DNA of 64,000 bases. Source: Octopus vulgaris. Its lineage: Eukaryota. Numbering within the stretch: the stretch's first letter is position 1; each line of letters starts with the position of its first letter. Where the stretch lies: the NCBI GenBank assembly GCA_951406725.2, contig OX597814.1:6758001-6822000 (forward strand). Reading direction: 5' to 3'. The notes beneath the pieces are model-generated. The model was not told the origin of the DNA. It saw only the letters and a program-made list of their open reading frames with translations, and ran no database searches. Shown here piece after piece: positions 40,438 to 52,607 of the stretch. Both the position numbers and the translations under genes were made by a program.

Positions 40438-40618
40438 GACACACACACACATACACACACACACACTCACACATATACACTCTCACACACACTCACACAT
40501 ACACTCTCACACACACGCACACATACACTCACACACACTCACACACAAAGACACACACACACACACACTCACACACACTCACACACACACACACTCACAC
40601 ACTCACACACACACACAC
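40350..40618. repeat. (CA)n microsatellite
   Basis: Direct observation. Confidence 0.96.
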
Positions 40619-40869
40619 GTATGTGCGTGATGAGCATCAATCGGTTTCCGTCAGCCAAATTTCTCTCCCAGTTTATTCCCAATCCCAAGGCTGGCTAAAG
40701 TAGAAAATCCTTTTATATTTTGGGTGAGAAATCGAATGGCTTCAAAGAGAACCCCTTACCACACAGCTATGCTGGCACCGTATTTTGAAACTCTTCTCGT
40801 ATTAAGACAAGATCCATGTAATAAATGGTTACAGTGTTGAATTCTAGAACTATACTAAATAACTAATTA

Positions 40870-41283
40870 TTCTCTTTTACTCTTTTACTCTTTTACTTGT
40901 TTCAGTCATTTGACTGTGGCCATGCTGGAGCACCGCCTTTAGTCGAGCAACTCGACCCCGGGACTTATTCTTTGTGTAATCCCAGTACTTATTCTATCGG
41001 TCTCTTTTTGCCGAATCGCTAAGTGACGGGGATGTAAGCACACCAGCATCGGTTGTCAAGCAATGCTAGGGGGACAAACACAGACACACAAACACACACA
41101 CATACACACACATATATACGACAGGCTTCTTTCAGTTTCCGTCTACCAAATCCACTCACAAGGCATTGGTCGGCCCGGGGCTATAGCAGAAGACACTTGC
41201 CCAAGATGCCACGCAGTGGGACTGAACCCGGAACCATGTGGTTGGTTAGCAAGCTACTTACCACACAGCCCCTCCTGCGCCTT
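40870..41283 (-). mobile_element. SINE family C
   Basis: Full-length copy. Confidence 0.9.
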
Positions 41284-42485
41284 ATTCTCTTCTTTCATTT
41301 CACAGTTTTATTTATTGAAGTCATAATTTTTGTGGTCAATAAATTAAATTCAAAAGATGCTAAAAAGCTGGAACTTGAAGTTTACATCTGAATAATTCTG
41401 TTAAATTACAAGCAAATAATTAGGATCCTGTGGTTATTTGAATATCAAATGAGAATACAGTGTAGTGATCAAAGCAGTAGTTTAACAATAGACTGGTTTA
41501 CAAAGCTTTAACAGACTTTTAACTGAGTGACTCAGGCAAAAGCAGTTTAGTAAAAGATGAGAAACACAAATTCTTTTATATAGCGAACCAAATCATGCTT
41601 CCAGTGCATAAATGAATGATATTATGAGAAGCCATTTTACAAACGTGACTGATTTTTTTCCCTCGGGGTTTACATGTCTTACATCTGGTGAGGACCTTAT
41701 GAATTATTTATTAAAAGAGCTTTCAGAAGAAGCATTAAAAGGTTTTGATGATCAACTGGGAATTTGTTCAGCCATTTTAGCATACTTCATTTAAAGTTGG
41801 TCAATGGAAATGATGGAAAAAAATACTTGCCCAAAATGCTGTGCTGTAGGATTGAACCTGAAGCCACATAGTTGGGGAGAAAACTTGAGACTTAACCACA
41901 GAGACACGTTAAGAAGAGCAAAACTTTGACCTGGGTTGGATGAAGTCAAACACAAGAAAACATTGAACCAAATACAATTGTAATTCTAGTTCCATATCTG
42001 AGAGAAAATATTGCAGTCGTCTCTTTGAGAACTTTCACAATGTGCTGGACCATCAATTGCTGTATATTAATTATCTCTTTACAATTCTTTAATTAATAAA
42101 AAGAAGAAGTCATTAATTATTCCTCCCAATTAGTTATAATATTATATTGAAGCTATTACAAATATAGCCTTTCATTTGTTATACATCTTTAATGCTTCTC
42201 AACCACAGAATACAAGTCGTTCGCAGCGATTAATTGATGGGCTGTGATTGTGATAAGAGAAACTTCTCTCACATTATGTTAAAACCATTTTGAATGAAGG
42301 CATCGATGTGGACAAATTGGCCAGAGACTTTCTGACGGATTAGCTGCTGAGTTGTGCCATGGTCAATTAATCTAATTTAATCCACAAAGATTGTGTATTT
42401 ATTTTACAATGAGATCAAAACTTGCTTTCATATTTTCTTCTTTCATTCATATTCTCACTCTCTGTCTATCTGTCTGTTTGTCTTA

Positions 42486-42658
<173 letters not shown>

Positions 42659-42660
42659 GA

Positions 42661-42794
42661 TTATCCAGCTGTAGAAACACTGCCAGATCTGACTGGCCTG
42701 GTGCAGCCTTCGGGCTTGCCAGACCCCAGTTGAACCGTCCAACCCATGCTAGCATGGAAAGCGGACGTTAAACGATGATGATGATGATGATGAT
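42661..42794 (+). mobile_element. RTE 3'-end retrocopy (family A)
   Basis: atccagctgtagaaac...gacgttaaacgatgatgat. Confidence 0.87.
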
Positions 42795-42795
42795 A

Positions 42796-44700
42796 TCAGG
42801 CCGCACTGGCATCAAGCATGCTCGAATGGTGCCTTTTACATGCCACCGGCACAGGTGTCAGTCAGGTGGCACCTCCAAGAGTGTAGTGGGTGCTTTTTAT
42901 GTGCCACTAGCACAGGGGCCAGTAAGGCAGTCCTGGCATCAGCCACAGCTATGATTTCACTTGATTCAAAAGGTCTTCTCAAGCGCAGCATATTGCCTGA
43001 CGATTGAGGAGTGCTTTTGAATGGGCCAGATATGTGACACTGGCATCAGCCACAGCTACGATCTCACTTGGCTTGATGGGTCTTCTCAAGCACGGCATAT
43101 CTCCAAAGGTCTCGGTCGCATGTCATTGACTGTGAGGCCCAAAATTTCAAGGTCGTTCTTCACCACCTCATTTCATGTCTTCCTGGGTCTCCCTCTACCA
43201 CAGGTTCCCTCCACTGTTAGAGTGTGACACTTCTTCACACAGCTGTCCTCATCCATACACAACACATGCAGTCGTCTCTCTTGCACACCACATCTGATGC
43301 TTCTTATGTTCAACTTTTCTCTCAGGGTGCTTACACTCTGTCATCCATGGACACTGACATTACACATGCAGTAGATTATGCCAGATTCATTTTTCTTGCA
43401 CCTACGCATGTCATCAGCAGTCACAGTCCATATTTCACTGCTGTGTAGCATGGCTGTTCACACAGTCTACCTTTCACTCTGAGTGAGAGGCCCTTTATTA
43501 ACAGCAGAAGTAGGAGCTCTCTGAACTTTGCCTAGGATATGCTTATACTAACAGTTATGCTTCTCAGAGCATCCACTCCTGCTATTGACTTGGTCACCTA
43601 GGTAATGGAAGCTATAAACTACTTCTAGTTTTTCTCCCTGGCATGAGATGGAATCTGTTTTCTGTACATCTTCTGTGTATATTGCCCCTGTGCATCTTCC
43701 ACACACAAGAACTATCTTCCCAGTTAACCTTCCTTTGATATTGTTGCACCTCTTATGTATCCATAGCTTACACCAGGTACATCTTATAGAGTTTCTACCT
43801 TTGCTTTTTCTACAGATCAAGCAGGGCCATCAATCTGAAGGCATTTGTGATTTTTCTGTCTTCCTACTTACTAAGACTTTGGTTTTTGCCAGGTTAACCC
43901 TAAGGCCCTTTGATTCTAGACCTTGCTTCCATACTCTAAACTTCGTCTCCAGTTCTGGCAGTGACTCAGCTATTAGAGCAAGGTCATCAGCATAGAGGAG
44001 CTCCCAGGGGCATCCTGTCTTGAATTCCTCCGTTATTGCCCGGAGGACTATGATAAATAGGAGGGGGCTGAGGACTGATCCTTGGTGAACCCCTACTTCT
44101 ACTTAGAATTCTTCACTATACTCATTGCCAACACTTACCTTGCTGACAGCATCCCTGTACAGGGCTTGTACAGCTCTTACCAGCCACCCATCTGTCCCCA
44201 GTTACTGCACTGACCACCAGATAAGTGATTGGGGGACCCTGTCAAAGGCTTTCTCAAAGTCAATAAAAGCCAAGACGTTTATCGTTCGCTAGATATTTCT
44301 CCTACAGTTGCCTTGGTGCTTCTGTGGTGCTTCTGCCTGGCACAAAACCAAACTGCTTCTCATCTAGACTAACTCTCTTGCTAATCAGTTGGGCTATGAC
44401 CCTCTCTGTAACTTTCATCACCCGATCCAATAATTTGATACCGCTGTAGTTATTTCTAGCAAAAGCATCACTTTTCCCCTTGTAGCAGTTGACTATGGTG
44501 CTGCTACACCAGTCATTGGGTATGACTCCTTCATAAACAACCTGATTTACGGTGTGGGTGACAAGACCATAACCCACGTCACCAGATATGTTAAGCATCT
44601 CAGCAGTGATTCCTGATGGGCCGGGGGCTTTTCCTGTCTCCATATCCTTAATTGCTTTATCTACCTGGGTACTGTCGACTCGGATAGCCCTGTCCCTCTT
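42796..44700 (-). mobile_element. RTE-clade LINE remnant (RT with PHD finger, C-terminus, 3' UTR)
   Basis: KAPGPSGITAEML, DWCSSTIVNCYKGK, QFGFVPGRSTT, PWELLYADDL (YADD at 43983-43994), a C4HC3 finger and GRGRPRKT; contains frameshifts and stops. Confidence 0.93.
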
Positions 44701-45712
44701 ATGCCCAAATTTTCTCTCCAGATACTTACACTCTGACATACATGCACCCTGACATTGCACATCCAGCAAAGCATACTGGCTTCATTTCTTTCAAGCCTAT
44801 GCATGTCCTCAGCAGTCACAGCCCATGTTGCCAGCAGAGGCAGGATCTCTCTCTAAACTTTGCCCAGCTTATTCTTACTCTTGCAGCTACTACTAACTTG
44901 GTTATCTAGATAATCTAAGCTCTCTACTACCTCTAGCTTACCCACCTGGCAGTTGATGGAGTCTATTTTCTCTACATTTTCATTGTTTAGTCTACTTGTG
45001 CATCTTCCACACTCAAAAGCTATTTTCCCTGTTAACCTTCCTCTGATAATGCTACACGTCTTATGTGTCTGTAGCTTACACTGTGTACATCTAATGGAGT
45101 TTCTACCTATGCCTTTTCTACAGGTTGAGCAGGGCCACTTACCCGAAGGAGTTTGTGATTTGTCTGCTCTCCTACTTATTGAGACTTTCATTTCTGCTAG
45201 GTTTACTCTAAGGCCTGTCGATTCCTGACTTTGCTTCCATATCTGAAAACTTTCTCCGGTTCTGGTAGTGATTCAGCCACAAGAACAAGGTCATCAGCAT
45301 AGAAGAGCTCTCAAGTTCAGTCTGTCTCAAATTCCTCCGTTATTGCCTGGGGACTATAATGAACAAGAGGGAGCTGAGGATCAAACCTTGGTAAACCCCT
45401 AGTTGCACCCTGAATTCGTTGTCAGTCCTCACCTTACTTGTAGTGTCTCTGTACATGGCTTGTACAGCATTCACCAACCACTCATCCGTCCCGAGTTTCT
45501 GCATTGAGGCCCAGATAATGGATAGGGAGACCCTGTCAAAGGCTTTCTCCAAGTCAACAAAAGCCAAGTACAGAGGCTTACCTTTCGCTATGTATTTCTC
45601 CTGCAGCTTCCTTACCAGGAATACAGCCTCAGTGATGCTTCTCCCTTGCACAAAACCAAACTGCATTTCATATAGACTAACCCTGTCCTTAATTAGTTGG
45701 GCAATGACCAGG
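44701..45712 (-). mobile_element. Second, more diverged RTE LINE RT remnant with PHD finger
   Basis: QFGFVQGRS...YLAFVDLEKAFDRV...YADD (45290-45301)...WPCSTCRKG...RCTQC...HKTC...CGRC. Confidence 0.92.
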
Positions 45713-46674
45713 ATGAGATAGGAAGGAAATCCATCATACTGATTTAACTAAGGTAAGTAAACAAAATCCATTCATTGTATCACTGGTGAAAAACTGGTAA
45801 CTGAGGGAATGGAAGTTTGTTACCAATATGCAACTGTTCAAGAAACAGCTGTAAAGTATCATCTAAACATTTTCTTTCCTTCAATTGCAAGTTTTCCCCC
45901 AGTGGTGCCAGGAATTTTACGAATCTAAATCAAATGAACCTTAAGGATTTCTCTGCTGTAGTTGCCTGCTGATGCTGACAAGGCTTGTGATGATCCTGAT
46001 GTTGCTGACACCCACAATGATGATACACTGTAGCCAATCCAGTTGAATTTCATATACTTTTTATCAATATATTACCCCTTCATCACTATAATCTACACAT
46101 TATTATCTTTACATTACTATCTATTCCTCATTTTCCAAGCACCATGACTTGTAAATTATTACCTCTCTTCCATTATCTAAACAATATCTATTTATCGTTA
46201 TTATCTCAATATTATTATCAATACGTTATTATCTATACAAAAATACATGTTTCAATTCCAATAAGTCAATAACGAAACCAATCTCATTGTAAACAATATT
46301 TTTGGTGTTACATTGTCTGATTGAAAGAAACTCATCCAGAAACCGCTCTCTCTCTCTCTCTCTCTCTCTCTTTCCACTCAATGACTTCCTTTGTGACTTC
46401 CAGGATTTTCTTTCAAACCACTTATTCCCCCATGTTGGAGCTTTGTTAAACCACTACAACATGGATCAATGCTACAATGCAACCGTAATGGTACGGAAGT
46501 GGCACAGAAATACAACTTTTGAAAAAATCAATCATTTCTGCTGGCAATAAGTGTTATATAATAAACGCAGATACAGCAGATGGAAGTGAACATGCTGAAA
46601 TGGTTGTATGTAGTCAGTGGAATTATGGTGAAGAGGAAGCGGAGGAGGGGGCGAGGATGTCGAAGTGGACGGTT

Positions 46675-46897
46675 CTTTGAAGTGTGTCTATTGTGTGTGT
46701 TTAAAGTGTGTCTGTCAGGCAGGTTTAAAACATGTATATTGTGTATGTTTAATGTGTGTGTGTGTTATGTACAGTTAAAACGTGTGTATTTTATGCATTT
46801 AAAATATATATCGTGTATGTTTAAAGTGAGTACATTGTGTACTTTTAAAGTATGTATACTGTGTCTGTTTAAAGGGTGTTTGTTGTGTGTGTTTAGA
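46675..46897. repeat. Degenerate ~21-24 bp minisatellite (tttaaagtgtgt...tgtgt)
   Basis: ttaaa/ttaa recurs about every 23 bp in TG-rich sequence. Confidence 0.7.
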
Positions 46898-47280
46898 ATA
46901 ATGATGTGAAATTAACATGTTGATGTATTGTAAGTAGAAATGTATGTTGAGTATGCAAATATTGACAATTTAGATATGAACTATGTCTGTTGTTGAAGTA
47001 ATTGTGTATGAAGGAAGGAGAGAGTCAACAATTGGAGTGGCAGTGGTGGTAGTGGTGGTGATGAGGATGATACAACTGAGAGGTGACACCCAGATGATTA
47101 TTTAAAAATGAGGCTGAGTTAAATGTTTTAATTAGCCAACTAAATGTTAGAAAACTATAAAACAAAGCTGAGTAACAGAATGAATGTAATCAGATGAATA
47201 TTGTAATAAGACTTGTGTTTCTCTGTCCATTTGTCACTCGCTCAGATCAAAAGGATTTGTTCAAGTAATTCATTATTTAT

Positions 47281-47664
47281 GTGGAGGCGCAATGGCCCAG
47301 TGGTTAGGGCAGCCGACTCACGGTTGTAGGATTGCGGTTTCGATTCCCAGACCGGGCGTTGTGAGTGTTTATTGAGCGAAAACACCTAAAGCTCCACGAG
47401 GCTCCGGCAGGAGATGGTGGTGATCCCTGCTGTACTCTTTCACCACAACTTTCTCTCACTCTTACTTCCTGTTTCTGTTGTACCTGTATTTCAAGGGGCC
47501 GGCCTTGTCACTCTCTGTGTCACGCTGAATATCCCCGAGAACTACGTTAAGGGTACACGTGTCTGTGGAGTGCTCAGCCACTTACACGTTAATTTCACGA
47601 GCAGGCTGTTCTGTTGATCGGATCAACCGGAACCCTCGTCGTCGTAACCGACGGAGTGCTTCCC
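47281..47664 (+). mobile_element. tRNA(Arg)-derived SINE, family B, tail type a
   Basis: TSD tcattatttat at 47270-47280 and 47665-47675. Confidence 0.92.
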
Positions 47665-47861
47665 TCATTATTTATTTGTATCTTTTAGCCTCAAACGAAG
47701 GCAACAAGCATAATAACATAACCTGGCACCCAAAGTGCCAATTCATCATATTAAACTTGGTGATGGGACAGGCTATGGCTGAATTTCAACACAGAAGGCA
47801 AAAGCATGAACAAAATCTGTAGGTATATGATCTGTAATTCTTTCAGTCCTGTCAATCCACA

Positions 47862-47969
47862 ATCTAGCTATGGTGGTACATATTCTAAAATTGGAACGAT
47901 ACAGAGAAGATTGGCATGGCCCCTGCACAAGGATGAAACGCAAATTCGTGAAACGTTCCATATTTTTTT
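47862..47969 (+). pseudogene. U6: U6 snRNA retropseudogene
   Basis: acatattctaaaattggaacgatacagagaagattggcatggcccctgcacaaggatgaaacgcaaattcgtgaaacgttccatattttttt matches U6 (ACAGAGA box, ISL, 3' oligo-U) with several substitutions, including AGC triad to GGC; 5' stem decayed. Confidence 0.95.
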
Positions 47970-48032
47970 AAATGGCGGTGCCCCAGCATGGCCACAGCTC
48001 ATGAGCTGAAACTAGATGAAATAAAATAAAAT
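47970..48032 (+). mobile_element. Retroposon 3' terminus fused to U6
   Basis: ggcggtgccccagcatggccacagctcatgagctgaaac plus (aaaat)n is homologous to the SINE C 3' end ggcggtgctccagcatggccgcagtcaaatgactgaaac. Confidence 0.85.
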
Positions 48033-49045
48033 GAATCCTGTACCGGCACCTTTTGATCACCCTCTCCATTCCACCATAGAATAAAAAGCAAAAATTTACC
48101 TGAGTTAGGTTTGAAATTAGAATGTTGGAATACTTCTGGGTATTCTGTCCAATGCTCCAATAACTTCTGCCAATTTACTGTCAGCAGAAATAAAATTTCT
48201 TTAAAAATTGTCAATTCATTCAATTTGTCCATTAAATTAACATTTGCAGTGCAAAGAAAAGTAATGTTTGTCTTTTATTTTTGGTCAAGTTTGAGGAGGA
48301 ACTGGATGAAGAAAATAACATACACTAAAATTGGGGATGGATTTACCAAAACGTTCAGTTAAAAGTGCAGTTATTTCTGCTGTAAATGTATTTCAATTTA
48401 TTGAATTCTGTTCCTTCTACCAAGTAAAACAACTTATTTTTTAAGTGGTTCGTTTATTTTATAACAGCCTCCAGTTAGTAAACCAGTTAATCCTGCTGTT
48501 TGTATGATAAATATCTGATTTTCTTTGTAAATATTTATTGAAATACAATTTTAAAAAATCTCTTTAAAAGATTCTTTATTGTAAATGAAAACAATTCACA
48601 GGAACTTCCCACTGTAATGAGGTTTTGGTCAGATTTGAACCACTTCACTTAAACTTCCAGTTTAGAGCCACAGCCTATATATATTGCCATATAAGGTATG
48701 ACTGACCCATGTAAATGTGAATCAACAATGGCATGCATGCATTGGTCAATGGCTGTAAATGTTACGGAAATGTTATGTAAACTTCTGGCTAATTATGAAG
48801 TCAAAGTTTCTGGAAAGTCTTGCTTAAGGTTATAAAAAACTGATAACTTCTAAAAAGTCGAGTCATCTGATAGCTTGATTCTGATTGGTTGCTTAATCAG
48901 CTGATCATGTGAAACCATTGTAGCTTGGCCATGGTGTCTACTCAGCTACCTAGCAATTCGGTTTCAAATCCACTACACCTTATCAACATAACACACATTT
49001 TATGTAAAATATTCTGTTTAATTATGAATATATATTATAAATACC

Positions 49046-49440
49046 ATCATTATCCTTGTTTAACGTCTGCTTTCCATGCTAGCATGGGTTGGACGAATGA
49101 CTGAGGGCTGGCAACCAGATGGCTGCACCAGGCTTCAATCTTGATCTGGCAGAGTTTCTACAGCTGGATGCCCTTCCTAACGCCAACCACTCTGAGAGTG
49201 TAGTGGGTGCTTTTTACATGCCTCCGGCACAGGGCCAGTCAGGTGGTACTGGCAACGACCTTGCTCGAATATTTTACACATGCCACCGGCACAGGTGCCA
49301 GTAAGGCGATGCTGATAATGATTATGCTTGAATGGTGTCTTTTATGTGCCACTGGCACGGAGGCCAGATAGCCGCTCTGGCAACAATCATGCTCAGATGG
49401 TGCTTTTAATACCCTACTAGCATGGGGCTCAAGTGTCAGT
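49046..49440 (-). mobile_element. RTE 3'-end retrocopy (family A)
   Basis: Family A motifs inside the left arm. Confidence 0.86.
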
Positions 49441-49625
49441 AAGTAAATATACGCACACTTAATCACCTTAACACATTAAAAAGATTTGTATAGTCAGGAT
49501 TCTGTTTTCATCTTTTCAACCATGAGATGTGCTCACATCTTATTCTACTTGTCTCTGTATAAGATCTGTTGAAAATACATGTTTGGCAAAAGAAAAATCA
49601 TCCTTGTTTCTTAATGTCAATATAT

Positions 49626-49722
49626 ATTTCTTTACTACCCACAAGGGGCTAAACATAGAGGGGACAAACAATGACAGACAAATGGATTAAGTCGATTATA
49701 TCGACCCCAGTGCGTAACTGGT
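49626..49722 (-). mobile_element. SINE family D 3' fragment
   Basis: atttctttactacccacaaggggctaaac...cgaccccagtgcgtaactggta. Confidence 0.82.
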
Positions 49723-49891
49723 ATTCATGATTCCATCTAATCATCTGCTTTATTCTGTCGTATTTTTATATAAATAATGAACACATGTGGCAAAACAGGT
49801 TTATCTAAAATGTTATTTTATATATTGTAAACCTTTAAGTATCTCATATATCCTTGTAAATATGTTTTTACAATATAATATTAATATATTT

Positions 49892-50048
49892 GGACATGGC
49901 TGTGTGGTAAGTAGCTTGCTTCCTAACCACATGGTTCCGGGTTCAGTTCCATTGTGTGGCACCTTGGGCAAGTGTCTTTTACTATAGCCTCAGGCTGACC
50001 AAAGCTTTGTGAGTGGATTTTGCAGATGGAAACTGAAAGAAGCCTGTC

Positions 50049-50104
<56 letters not shown>

Positions 50105-50334
50105 ATATGTATGTGTGTGTATATGTTTGTGTATCTGTGTTTGTCCCCCACCACCCCAACATTGCTTCACAACTGATGCTGGTGTGTTTATGTCCCCATA
50201 ACTTGGCAATTCGGCAAAAGGGGCCGATACAATAAGTACTAGGCTTACAAAGAATAAGTCCTTGGGTCGATTTGCTCGACTAAAGGCTGTGCTCCAGCAT
50301 GGCCACAGTCAAATGACTGAAACAAGTAAAAGAA
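49892..50334 (+). mobile_element. SINE family C
   Basis: Full-length copy. Confidence 0.9.
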
Positions 50335-50508
50335 TATGTAATAATCTGCTTAAAATAATAGATATATGGAAACACATATTTATGGTGTGACTGTCCTTGT
50401 CCATGATTGACAACCTCTTATGACTAATGACTAATGACATTATAATGAGTGACCCACACCACTGTTCCTTTTGAAGTGAGTTTTGGTTGAGAAAGTTCAG
50501 TGAAATGT

Positions 50509-50940
50509 CACAGGAGTGGCTGTGTGGTAAGTAGCTTGTTTACCAACTGCATGGTTCCGGGTTCAGTCCCACTGCGTGGCATCTTGGGCAAGTGTCTTCT
50601 GCTATAGCCTCAGGCCGACCAAAGCCTTGTGAGTGGATTTGGTAGACGGAAACTGAAAGAAGCCCGTCGTATATATGTATATATATATATATGTATATAT
50701 GTGTGTGTGTTTGTGTGTCTGTGTTTGTCCCCCTAGCATTGCTTGACAACCGATGCTGGTGTGTTTATGTCCCCATTACTTAGCGGTTCGGCAAAAGAGA
50801 CTGATAGAATAAGTACTGGGCTTACAAAAGAATAAGTCCCTGGGTCGATTTGCTCGACTAAAAAAAGGCGGTGCTCCAGCATGGCCGCAGTCAAATGACC
50901 GAAACAAGCAAAAGAGTAAAAGAGAGAGTAAAGAGATAAA
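50509..50940 (+). mobile_element. SINE family C
   Basis: Full-length copy. Confidence 0.9.
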
Positions 50941-51186
50941 CAGAGGAGACGAAACTGTTGTAAAATTTCCCTCCAGCATTCATTGTCTGGGACAAATATT
51001 ACCAAAGATATACAGACATTCACAAATGTAAGAGCTTTTATGGGGATACTCGACCTGCAAGAAATAGTAGCCAAGTTTCCTTCAAATCAGCCAATAAATT
51101 CCCATTGGAAAGATGAAAACAGAATCCTGACTGTACACATCTTTATAATGCGTTAGGGTGATTAAGCATGTGTATATTTATAATAC

Positions 51187-51317
51187 CATCATCATCATCA
51201 TTTAACGTCTGCTTTCCATGCTGGCATGGGTTGGATAAATGACTGAGGTCTGGCGAGCCAGATGGCTGCACCAGGCTCCAATCTTGATCTGGCAGAGTTT
51301 CTACAGCTGGATGCCCT
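51187..51317 (-). mobile_element. RTE 3'-end retrocopy (family A)
   Basis: Short copy inside the right arm. Confidence 0.86.
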
Positions 51318-51656
51318 ATTCATAATTAAATTGAATACTTTACATTAAATGTGTGTTATGTTTATAAGGTGTAGTGGATTTGAAACCGAATTGCTAGGTA
51401 GCTGAGTAGACATCATGGCTAAGCTACAATGGCTTCACATGATCAGCTGATTAAGCAACCAATCAGAATCAAGCTATCATGTGATTCGAATTTTTAGAAG
51501 TTTCTTATTGTGCCTTATATAAAGGTGGCTTTTGGCAGTAATCCCTGAATGTTGAGACAACTACTAGATGTCTCCATTCTCATTCACCACCAGCCAATGG
51601 CAGATAGAATATAAGATTTTTTGTTGCCATGAATAAGGTACAATTATCTTCCAGTT

Positions 51657-52118
51657 GTGGTCATTGCCACCCCGACTGGCCTCATGCCGGTGGCACGTAT
51701 AAAGCACCCTCCGTTCGTGGCCGTTGCCAGCGCCGCCCCGACTGGCCTCGTGCCGGTGGCACGTATAAAGCACCATCCATTCGTGGCCGTTGCCAGCATC
51801 GCCCCGACTGGCCTCGTGCCGGTATCACGTAAAAAGCACCATCCGTTCGTGGCCGTTGCCAGCCTCGCCTGGCCCCCGTGCTGGTGGCACATAAAAAGCA
51901 CCATCTGATCGTGGCCGTGGCCGTTGCCAGCCTCGTCTGGCACCTGTGCCGGTAGCACGTAAAAAGCACCCAATACACTCACGGAGTGGTTGGCGTTAGG
52001 AATGGCATCCAGCCGTAGAAACATTGCCAGATCAGAGTGAGCCTGGTGCAACCTTCTGGCTTCCCAGACCCCAGTTGAACAGTCCAACCCATGCCAGCAT
52101 GGAAAGCGGACGCTAAAC

Positions 52119-52152
<34 letters not shown>
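51657..52152 (+). mobile_element. RTE 3'-end retrocopy (family A) with five tandem modules
   Basis: Units of ~60 bp ending gtgccggtggcacgta.aaagcacc, then the tail. Confidence 0.88.
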
Positions 52153-52412
52153 GTAGACCAGCCACAGATCATCATACCAGTTAGACTATCATAGATCCCA
52201 GCAGCATATCTCTGCTTGTCTGTAATTGTTACTGTTATTTTTCATCCAAAGACAAACACAGATAACACTATCCACAGTAAATAAAGCTTCTGGTAATTGT
52301 TAATTAACGTTGTTAATCGCTTCTGCACTCAGCCCAAGAAGGACATTTTCAGTCACCAACAGCAAACTCTACTTGAAACAAAGATAATAAAACAAACCAG
52401 GCAAAGTAATTT

Positions 52413-52607
52413 TGGCACGTAAAAAGCACCCACTACACTCACGGAGTGGTTGGCGTTAGGAAGGGCATCCAGCTGTAGAAACATTGCCAGATAAGACTGG
52501 AGCCTGGTGCAGCCTTCTGGCTTCCCAGATCCCCGATCGAACCGTCCAACCCATGATAGCATGGAGAATGGACGTTAAACGATGATGATGATGATGACGA
52601 TGATGAT
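52413..52607 (+). mobile_element. RTE 3'-end retrocopy (family A)
   Basis: Family A motifs. Confidence 0.87.

Larger units (their letters stand above)
48845..51505. repeat. Long inverted repeat; arms ~48845-49520 and ~51105-51505
   Basis: 48845-49030 is the reverse complement of 51317-51505; 49443-49520 is the reverse complement of 51105-51180. Confidence 0.88.

Noticed and set aside
47862-47969. Functional U6 gene
   Set aside because: The catalytic AGC triad is mutated, the 5' stem is decayed, and it is fused to a retroposon tail.
51855-51900. HDV-like ribozyme in the family A module (gccagcctcgcctggc resembles HDV P3/L3)
   Set aside because: I could not build P1, P2 and the J4/2 catalytic strand; kept only as a pseudoknot hypothesis.
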